Shown here: in pieces, positions 1-7,100 of the stretch
Position numbering within the stretch: the stretch's first letter is position 1
Layout of the letters: the number at the start of each line of letters is the position of its first letter
Made by a program: the position numbers and the translations under genes
DNA from: a virus
Taxonomy: Duplodnaviria > Caudoviricetes
DNA length: 35,701 nucleotides
Virus record (IMG/VR): IMGVR_UViG_3300037419_003064
Coordinates: 1-35,701 of that record
Strand: one strand, 5' to 3'
The notes under the pieces: generated by a model
Told to the model about the DNA's origin: nothing
The model's input: only the letters and a program-made list of their open reading frames with translations
Database searches by the model: none

Positions 1-399
1 TTAGACGTGATGCGCTTGGCGATCATCTACTACGTCACCAAATTTAGATGCGACGTAAGCACGCATAGCGGCTACTAAAGCTGATGCGTCGTGGTTGTCC
101 CATCTACCGCATACTGCATGTTTAGCTGATCTGTGATTCTCATCTAACGTCATAGACCAGGTAATAGGTATATTCTCACGCTGGATTATCGGCCCGCCTT
201 GTGACCAGTTTACGGAAGGGGAATATCGCCATTCTGGCCTGTCCGTTTTTGGCTTTTGGCCGATTATCATTATTGACATCTCAGGGGTATCAACAAGCCA
301 GTAACGTTTGTGTCCACTGTCTTCACGATATGGCATCAATCCTTCCGCCTTTGCCACCCAGTAATCGAGTAGCGGCCCAGTTAATTCACTAACGTTCAT
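1..399 (-). CDS. Phage protein, DUF2591/NinX-like family
   Basis: Motifs 'ELTGPLLDYWVAKAEG', 'YSPSVNWSQGGPIIQRENI' and 'LVAAMRAYVASKFG' are typical of DUF2591 phage proteins. ATGA overlap with the traJ stop. Confidence 0.8.
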   Translation of the reverse strand: MNVSELTGPLLDYWVAKAEGLMPYREDSGHKRYWLVDTPEMSIMIIGQKPKTDRPEWRYSPSVNWSQGGPIIQRENIPITWSMTLDENHRSAKHAVCGRWDNHDASALVAAMRAYVASKFGDVVDDRQAHHV

Positions 400-731
400 C
401 TCAGCATTCTCCCCATGATTTCGTGTGATTGTTTTTGAAGGTTCCGAAACTCTTTCATCATTCGCTCGACTTCTCGCGGATGGGCAAAGAATCCGCGTTT
501 CTCAGTCAGCCAGAGTTCTAGTAATTCGGCCATGCGCCCCAGATCCCCGTTGACCTTTGAAAGCTCCTGTACGGCGTGAATGTCCATGACGGAACGTATC
601 GGCTTGTTCAGTCCGGCAGCGCGAAGATACGCTGACAGAGAAAGATTCGCAGAAGCGGCAAGGCTTCCAATCAAAGCACGCTCATCTTCAGTTACCCAGA
701 CCTTAATCGGCTTGGCGCGTGGTCGGGTCAT
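396..731 (-). CDS. traJ: IncP-type relaxosome protein TraJ (ribbon-helix-helix, oriT-binding; MobC-like)
   Basis: 'PIKVWVTEDERALI..AASANLSLSAYL..G...IRSVMDIHAVQELSKVNGDLGRMAELLELWLT' aligns by eye with RP4 TraJ (PIKVYCLPDERRAI..AAAAGMSLSAYL...VRELARINGDLGRLGGLLKLWLT). Transcribed away from oriT as in IncP. Confidence 0.9.
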   Translation of the reverse strand: MTRPRAKPIKVWVTEDERALIGSLAASANLSLSAYLRAAGLNKPIRSVMDIHAVQELSKVNGDLGRMAELLELWLTEKRGFFAHPREVERMMKEFRNLQKQSHEIMGRMLR

Positions 732-937
732 TTGCCTTTTTTGACCAGATATTTATCTGGATCGAAGCCGTCTTTCCCTTCCTTCTCGGCAGCTTCAATT
801 TGTTTTTCGTAGAACAAAACAGGATCTAAAGAAGCCTCATAATGTTTTTGAGCGTTCTCCATCTTTATCCTTAATTCGTTCAAACTATCTTTTCGATTCT
901 TTAGGCACCATTTGTGCCAATGCATTGGCCTTTTCAT
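728..937 (-). CDS. Hypothetical protein (phage-like, 69 aa, charged helical)
   Basis: ORF coupled by ATGA overlaps to both neighbours. Confidence 0.7.
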   Translation of the reverse strand: MKRPMHWHKWCLKNRKDSLNELRIKMENAQKHYEASLDPVLFYEKQIEAAEKEGKDGFDPDKYLVKKGK

Positions 938-1194
938 TTTATTTTCAGAGCCTCACTGAGTTTCTGGTGAAATTGCTTCTCGGCTAAAGAGACGGCTTGC
1001 TGATATTCATCGACAGCCTGGCGGATTCTGTCGGCCTGACTTTCCGGTTGCTTTCCGCACTTTGGGCATTCATCGGGAAGAGGAACGCCGTGAATGTGTA
1101 CCTTGACCTGGTTGCCGCATGACTTGCACGCAAACGTGTCGTATTCGTCGTCCTCATGGCTGAGGGTAAACCATGGAGTTTTCGGTGCGGCCAT
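934..1194 (-). CDS. Zinc-ribbon protein (CxxC...CxxC) with C-terminal helix
   Basis: CKSC and CPKC motifs. AAGGAA RBS upstream. ATGA overlap downstream. Confidence 0.75.
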   Translation of the reverse strand: MAAPKTPWFTLSHEDDEYDTFACKSCGNQVKVHIHGVPLPDECPKCGKQPESQADRIRQAVDEYQQAVSLAEKQFHQKLSEALKIK

Positions 1195-1233
1195 CTTGAT
1201 TTCCTTATGGTTAAGTTTTAAGCCTCGCAGAAC

Positions 1234-1470
1234 TTACCGCGAAGGTTCATTAACACCCTCGGTGACGTATTTGTATGAAGTCTCAAGCAACCAGAAACCG
1301 ACTCCAATCATTAGGCCATCTTCTAGCCACCCCCGGACTGGTGTTAAGAGCTGCCATAAGAACAGCCATGCAATCATTCTAATTAGCTGCCCACCCTTAA
1401 AGAACACCGTTGCTACTGCAACTAAGCTAACAAAGGTGGCTATATGCTCGAATGTGAAGTTTATGGTCAC
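1234..1470 (-). CDS. Small membrane protein (78 aa, 2-3 TM)
   Basis: Likely GTG start at 1470 with AAAGAGGAAA RBS. Hydrophobic segments. The longer ORF-track start (1590) runs through oriT and is unlikely. Confidence 0.6.
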   Translation of the reverse strand: MTINFTFEHIATFVSLVAVATVFFKGGQLIRMIAWLFLWQLLTPVRGWLEDGLMIGVGFWLLETSYKYVTEGVNEPSR

Positions 1471-1487
1471 GGTTTCCTCTTTGGTTA

Positions 1488-1600
1488 AAGCCTCGCAGAG
1501 CAAGATTGCCCACGTTGAGCCGAAGGCGAATAAGGATGAATGGGCAGTATTGGGAGGACGAAGCGCGCAGCGCGTAGGCCCACAATACACATCTTGCCTA
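1488..1600 (+). other. oriT: IncP/MOBP-type origin of transfer (oriT), predicted nic between 1596 and 1597; overlaps the traJ-II-type leader on the minus strand
   Basis: GCCTCGCAGAGCAAGATTGCCCACGTTGAGC..GCGAATAAGG closely matches RP4 oriT as recalled (GCCTCGCAGAGCAGGATTCCCGTTGAGC...GCGAATAAGG). An imperfect inverted repeat GTATTG(1547-52)...CGCGC-A-GCGCG...CAATAC(1583-88) is followed by ACATCTTG^CC (R751 nic: ACATCCTG^CC). Located between traJ and traK. Confidence 0.88.
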
Positions 1601-1633
1601 CTTTATCAGTAGAACTGAAAAGACCTTTTAGTA

Positions 1634-1739
1634 ACTATACACCATTTTCCGGGAGAAATACACTATACAGCACTATACTGTATTATCAGGGTATAATCCG
1701 TTACAATGCATTGACTATACAGCACAATACTGGTACATT
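1634..1739 (+). promoter_or_regulatory. traK promoter plus phased ACTATAC repeats (likely TraK-binding region)
   Basis: TTGACT(1711-16)-17 bp-TACATT(1734-39). Near-perfect 19-bp direct repeats ACTATACAGCAC(T/A)ATACTG at 1662-1680 and 1714-1732. Confidence 0.65.
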
Positions 1740-1773
1740 GAATTGGCAGCATAGGGATTTAAGGAGGTTTGCG

Positions 1774-2109
1774 ATGGAGGATTCAAAGAAGAGGGCGCGG
1801 AAGGGTACTGGAAGAGTAGCCTTTCTGGCCCATCTGGACGAAATAAAAAAGATGATCGAGGCCGGTCATCCGTTGGTTTCTGTGTTTGAAGAGTATGAGA
1901 GCAAGTTAAGTATTAAATCAGGCCAATTTGGAAAATACGTTAGAAAATATATTAGGAGTAAAACAAATGGAAACACTGATCGAGCAGCAGAAAAAGGAAA
2001 GGACATCAAGAAAGCAGCCCCCATTAGAGCAAGGGAGCCAGGACAGCCAGCCTTTGTTAGTTCCGACATCCCAAGAGACAGAGACAGTCTCATTGGACGA
2101 AAGAAGTGA
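1774..2109 (+). CDS. traK: Relaxosome accessory protein TraK
   Basis: AAGGAGG RBS then ATG 1774. 'RVAFLAHLDEIKKMIEAGHPLVSVFE....F.KYVRKYI' matches the TraK family. First gene right of oriT. Confidence 0.85.
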   Translation: MEDSKKRARKGTGRVAFLAHLDEIKKMIEAGHPLVSVFEEYESKLSIKSGQFGKYVRKYIRSKTNGNTDRAAEKGKDIKKAAPIRAREPGQPAFVSSDIPRDRDSLIGRKK

Positions 2110-2116
2110 GGCCGCA

Positions 2117-2836
2117 ATGAAGAAAGTACATTTTATTCTGCAAAAAAAAGGAGGTGTGGGTAAGTCGGTCGCCGCTTTGATGCTTGCTCAATACCTACGC
2201 AGTATTGGTGAGCCGGTTGAGGTAATCGACACCGATCCGTCCAACGCTACGCTATTCAGCTACAAAGCGTTAAACGGTCAACGTATTCAGTTGATGGAAG
2301 GGAATGTATTAAACGAAGCCAAGTTCGATTTGATGATGAATCGCATACTTGAGGAAGATTCGAGTTTCGTGATTGACTGCGGCGCATCCAGCTTTATCCC
2401 TCTGAGCAATTACATGATCGAAAACAAGGTAGCCGACATGATTGCTGAGAGCGGGAAGCAGGTAGTAGCGCACACGGTTATCGTCGGCGAATCCAATCTG
2501 ATTGATACTCTTACTTCATTTGCGGAACTAGCAGAACAGATGCCTGAGCAGGTGCAAATCATAGTGTGGCTTAATGAGTTTTTCGGAAAGATCGAGATAC
2601 TCGGAACGCCATTCGAGGAACTGGGTGTTTACCTGGATAACCAAAGCCGGGTTCACGGCATTGTCTGCCTTCCAAAAAGAAACCCGGCCACGTTTGGCGC
2701 GGATATCGAAAAGATGCTAACCGCCAGGTTGACGTTTGATGAGGTAAGGCAGTCGCCAGATTTCTACATCATGAATAAATCAAGAATCTTTCGGGTACAG
2801 CAAGATATCTATGGTCAGCTTAAGGCGGTTCTATAA
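2117..2836 (+). CDS. traL: TraL (StbB-like P-loop ATPase)
   Basis: 'KVHFILQKKGGVGKS', 'IDTDPSNAT..YKALN', 'VIDCGASSFIPLSNY', 'VWLNEFFG' and 'MLTARLTFDE' match RP4 TraL along its full length. Start at ATG 2117 with GAGG RBS. Confidence 0.92.
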   Translation: MKKVHFILQKKGGVGKSVAALMLAQYLRSIGEPVEVIDTDPSNATLFSYKALNGQRIQLMEGNVLNEAKFDLMMNRILEEDSSFVIDCGASSFIPLSNYMIENKVADMIAESGKQVVAHTVIVGESNLIDTLTSFAELAEQMPEQVQIIVWLNEFFGKIEILGTPFEELGVYLDNQSRVHGIVCLPKRNPATFGADIEKMLTARLTFDEVRQSPDFYIMNKSRIFRVQQDIYGQLKAVL

Positions 2837-2847
2837 AGGAATTACCT

Positions 2848-3273
2848 ATGGCTAATTTTGAGGAAATTAGAAAGGAGGTCGCAATCAAGCATAATATGGT
2901 GCTTGATGAGAGCGATCCTGTTCTGCTCACGGTAACTATGAGCGAAGAGATTTTGAAACGGTGCGTTGATAGGATCATTGCTCAAAACAGAGAGGACAAT
3001 GAGGCCCATCAAAAAGCAATACTTAACGCGCTACAGCTCGGCAACACAGAAGCAAAGCAGACAGCCGGTAAGGTTATCACTGAGGCCGGTGATTACGTGA
3101 GAGAACAAGTGAACCGTGCGGTTTCTTCTGCAATGGAAGAAGGCGCAGTTCAGTTCATGGAACTGCGCGCCAAGACGCAAGGCTCGGAACGCATCGCATT
3201 TATTGCGATGGTTGTGTCGGTTGCTTGCGCCGTAGTTTCGTTGTGCGTATTAACAAAAGTGTTTTTCACTTGA
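2848..3273 (+). CDS. traM: TraM (C-terminal TM helix)
   Basis: 'EEIRKEVAIKHNMVLDESDPVLL' resembles RP4 TraM 'EELIREIAAKHGIAVGRDDPVLI'. Synteny after traL. Confidence 0.85.
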   Translation: MANFEEIRKEVAIKHNMVLDESDPVLLTVTMSEEILKRCVDRIIAQNREDNEAHQKAILNALQLGNTEAKQTAGKVITEAGDYVREQVNRAVSSAMEEGAVQFMELRAKTQGSERIAFIAMVVSVACAVVSLCVLTKVFFT

Positions 3274-3280
3274 TGAAAAG

Positions 3281-3320
3281 AAAAACCCCGGTATCCTCAA
3301 AGGATTACCGGGTCTTATTT
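3281..3320. terminator. Probably bidirectional intrinsic terminator between convergent traM and ssb
   Basis: Stem CCCGGTA-TCCT/AGGATTACCGGG, with an A-run on the left and a T-rich tail on the right. Confidence 0.7.
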
Positions 3321-3342
3321 ACTTAATCTGGTTAGGTACTGG

Positions 3343-3780
3343 CTAAAACGGTATATCGTCGTCCATATCGTCGAAGCCGCCGCCAGTTTTCTCCTTCGGT
3401 GCGCGGCTTTCTGAATTGTAACTCTTTCCCTGATCCCCGCTTCCTTCCGGCTTCTTGCCAAGCATCCGCATATCGCTTGCAATGATTTCCGTGGTGTAGC
3501 GTTCCACACCCTGCTTGTCCGTCCACTTCTTCGTTTCGATCTTTCCTTCAATGTAGACCTGAGCCCCTTTCTTTAGGTATTCCCCGGCTGTCTCTGCCTG
3601 TTTCCGGTAGAAAACAATACGGTGCCATTCGGTTTTCTCCTGGCGCTCCCCTGATTTGTCCTTCCATGTTTCCGTGGTTGCAACGGTGATATTCGTTACT
3701 GCGTCGCCATTGGGCATATAGCGAACTTCTGGATCTTTGCCGAGGTTGCCAATGATTATGACCTTATTTACTGATGCCAT
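3343..3780 (-). CDS. ssb: Single-stranded DNA-binding protein
   Basis: '[19 protein letters not shown]' OB-fold and acidic C-terminus 'DDDIPF'. Confidence 0.98.
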   Translation of the reverse strand: MASVNKVIIIGNLGKDPEVRYMPNGDAVTNITVATTETWKDKSGERQEKTEWHRIVFYRKQAETAGEYLKKGAQVYIEGKIETKKWTDKQGVERYTTEIIASDMRMLGKKPEGSGDQGKSYNSESRAPKEKTGGGFDDMDDDIPF

Positions 3781-3787
3781 TTTTATA

Positions 3788-3856
3788 TCTCCTGTTTTGG
3801 TGTAATTAACGTTTGTGCTACGATTAATATTATATACTCTGTATCTAGTTTGTCAA
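3788..3856 (-). promoter_or_regulatory. Consensus sigma70 promoter of ssb with embedded operator
   Basis: Minus strand TTGACA(3856-51)-16 bp-TATAAT(3834-29). The spacer contains GATACAGAGTAT. RBS leader ACCAAAACAGGAGA. Confidence 0.85.
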
Positions 3857-3884
3857 CAACTATCTTAAATAAATCAGGTGGTTA

Positions 3885-3912
3885 TTGACAGATCGGATAT
3901 AAAACATATCCT
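3885..3912 (+). promoter_or_regulatory. Divergent promoter firing into non-coding hairpin region
   Basis: TTGACA(3885-90)-16 bp-TATCCT(3907-12), overlapped by the palindrome GGATAT-N5-ATATCC. Confidence 0.5.
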
Positions 3913-3929
3913 CTCATTTGGAACTCTCT

Positions 3930-4180
3930 CGCTCCGCCCCTTGGGGCGGCGGGGGTGGGGGAAAGGGTTTTAAGAAGCAGGCAAAAACGGGGTTTGCTTC
4001 CCGCGTTTTCGTTTATCCCCCCACAAGTCCCTCTCGCAGAGAGTTGAGGGCTTGTTGGGGGGATTGAGTGGGAAGCTATACCGTGTCGGCGGTATACAGG
4101 GGGTTTAGTGACTGCGGCAGGTCAGAAGGCATGACAGGCGAAGCGTACCGCGTAGCGGCTGGCGTGACTCGTGATAAGCA
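3930..4180. other. Structured non-coding region (hairpins plus G-tract); candidate ssDNA initiation signal, origin or ncRNA
   Basis: Hairpins CCGCCCC-TT-GGGGCGG (3934-49), nested GCTTCCC..ATCCCCCCACAAG..CTTGTTGGGGGGAT..GGGAAGC (3996-4076), and TATACCG/CGGTATA (4077-96). No ORF. Confidence 0.45.
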
Positions 4181-4187
4181 GGAACGG

Positions 4188-7100
4188 CTATTGCTTTTCC
4201 AGTGCGGATGATTTTTCCCTGACTTTCTCATTCAGGGATTTCATCGTTGTGGTTATCAGTTCGTCTATCATCTTTATGCGCTCCTTGGGGGCGTCTTGTT
4301 TCAGTAACTCGCGCTTGCGTTTTCTGAGTTCCTGAACTCTCTTTTCAGCGCCATTGGCTGCGCCGATTAGTGTCCATTCTGGATTCTCGCGTTTGTATTC
4401 TGCAACATCCTCACGGTTTTTCATGCGGCCTTTTATCTCCGCTTCATGGCCGTTGATCCTCTTCAGGTTTGCGTAAAATTCATTCCCTTGTGACGATTGG
4501 CCTTTGGTGTCACCGAAGAATCTGCCTATAAGAATTTTCTTGTGCGGCGGCAACTCTTCGCCGGAAATGGCGGAAGCGATTGTCTGTTCAGCCTTCAGGT
4601 ATTCGCGGCCTACGCCGCCAGTCGCTTGCTTGATAAGGTAGTCAATCTGGTCCGGTGTCGGGCTGAATGTCCCAGGTTGGTACTTTGTTCCGCCGCTGAG
4701 TGTGTTGATTCCTTCTGCCAGGAACTTGCTTGCAGCGCTCGCGGTATCCTTTGCCCTTGTGAACCCAGGAGTCGGGTTCATGGAATTAAAATCTTCCCGC
4801 GCAATCGGCTTGCCGGTGAAGTCCTTGTTTTCGGCAAGTGCGCCAAATGGATCGGCAGCCGTTGGAAGGATTGTTTGCAATGACATCCCGGCGTTCCCGA
4901 TAGGGTTGAACGCATCCATTATTGAATCCATCATTTGAATGGTGCGTTTTCCGGGATTCTTGAAACCGGACAATGCGAATTCAGAAGTGACGCGCCCCAT
5001 GTTCGGCAGCACGTTAAAGCCTAGCGGCATTGGAATGGAGATATATTTGCCATCGCCTACCGGAATTATCAGGTTTTTCGATTTCACGAATTCAGGCGGT
5101 TCGTCGTCGCCCATCCCGGCTATAGACAAAAGCATGGCTTGCATTCCGCCCAAGAGCAATCCGCCGGTGATGATTCGCTTTCCGGCCGGGCCTTTCATCG
5201 TTTCAGCTAGGCGCGCCGTTCCCTGAACGGATGCATTGAAGAAGGCATACAGGGCGCCCATTTGCCGTCCCATGCTTCCTTTCCTGTTGAAATTTACAGT
5301 GAGATTTTTCGCAAGACTGGCAGCCTGTTGCTTGCTCATTCCCTGGTCAAGAGCCGTCATGTAAGCCGCCAGGCGCACGGCGTTCTCCATCGAGTCGTTG
5401 TAGTCAGATAGCCAGTCGAATAATGGCTTTACCGCTTTGTCTGCAAATAGTTTCTCGGGAGTGTTCAGCAATCCGCCCGCGGTGATTACCTTTCCGATTT
5501 TGGTTTTCTGCCACCAGTCGGGATCAAGTCCTTTCTCAAGCGCGTCGGCTCTTGCCTTGGCGTTGGCGTACATATCCCTGAAGCCAGTTTTCCCGCCCTG
5601 GCGTTGCAAATCCTCCCAGTGCCGTACCATCGGATTGGTAGATACTTTGCCTTTGCGAGTGCCGCGCATACTCTGGTAAATGGCGAGCAGTGCCGGGCCG
5701 GTGCGCGCCATGATGACCGCCTTCTTTCCAGCCAGCGGCGTTGATGTCAGGTTTAGCATTGCGCCCTGCACGTCGCGGGTCAGGTTGACTATGCCGAATA
5801 TCGGGTTGTACTGGGTATTGATGGAGGAAAAATACCGGGTGACTATCGAGGACGCGTTCAGCACGGCGTTAAGCTGGTCTTGGTCGAGATTCTTCAGGGA
5901 TTTAGCCATGCGCAGTGCGCGCGGGTCGTGTTCGTTGAATACGACAGAGCGTTCCTGGATGTTTCCTTTCTTGTCGGGAATGCGGGCAACAACGACATTT
6001 TCACGCTTCTTATAGTTCGGATCGACGCGATCCTCGACAAGTCCAGTAACTTTATTCACAGTGCGGATTGTGGGCGGTACATCCACTTTCCAGAAATCAG
6101 GATGTGGATTGTCTTTCGCCAGTCCTATGAGTGCGGTAGCCACGCGGTTCTTCTCGCCGCGGATGATATTCTTCTCGCGCTGTTGGGCTATGTTGGCGAG
6201 GATGTCAACGACCTTACGCTTTGATCCGGTTGCACGCTTTGAAGCATTGCCTTTAACTGAAAAGCCTTGCCCGGTCCCGTTGCCGAAAGCGTGATCCATA
6301 TCGTCGCGCATCAGGGGTACGTAATGCTTGTACGCTTTCTGCCAGGTGTTGATGGTATCTTGTGACTCAAGACCGTAGCTTACAAGTACCTGGCGTGATT
6401 TGGCGTTCATCGCATCAACACGCTTTGCCAGTGAATCGTAAAGCGCACGCTTTTGTGGATCAAGATTCGCCAGATATGCGCGGGCATGCTTTGTACTCAT
6501 GCCCGAACCGCTATCTGGAAAATCGGTAGGATTTATCTTGGCGATTTGAATGTTGCGTTCTTCTGCGTGACGCGCCCAAAGATATTCCTCGAAGTCGGCC
6601 ATTTTCACGCCATTAACTCGCATGAGTTTGATGAGCGGGTCCAGTTCGGTATCGATGAACTCTTTTACGCGGGTGGCCGTTCTGCCATGAAACAGCTCTT
6701 CTTGCAGGTAGGCATTGACGTTATCCGCAATCTGTTTGCCGGTTTCCTTGATTGCCTCGGTAACGCGCTTCAGGTCAATATGCTTGTCCTGCAAGGCGTG
6801 AATGAGATCATCCAGGCGTGAGGGCTCGGGAGAGTCGAATGTGCTGCTTGGTCCTCTTGCGGCAACAATGAAAGGGTTATTCGTGTCGAAGTTGCCGTTA
6901 TTTCCGATTGATGATTTGGCCTGCTCTGGATCGAATACCACATATTCTAAGCCGGTCAAGGCGTCAATAATTGCGCCGTCATGACCGTCTGCTTTCAGTT
7001 CTCCTAGAAATTCCTCTTGCGTACCGGCTTGAATGATTCCGTCCCAAGTATCGGTGTCGATCTCCGCCGGATTCTTCAGTGACAGGTACAGCGGGATAAT

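Noticed and set aside
1662-1732. 19-bp direct repeats separated by 33 bp resembling a mini-CRISPR or iterons
   Set aside because: Only two short non-palindromic copies, with no cas or rep gene. Better explained as relaxosome protein binding sites.
1540-2116. Long ORF-track versions of traK (189 aa from 1540) and traL (302 aa from 1928)
   Set aside because: The extensions run through oriT or overlap traK. RBS positions and homology support starts at 1774 and 2117.
2117-2836. ParA/MinD partition ATPase call
   Set aside because: Shares the deviant Walker A, but full-length similarity and traK/traM synteny identify TraL.
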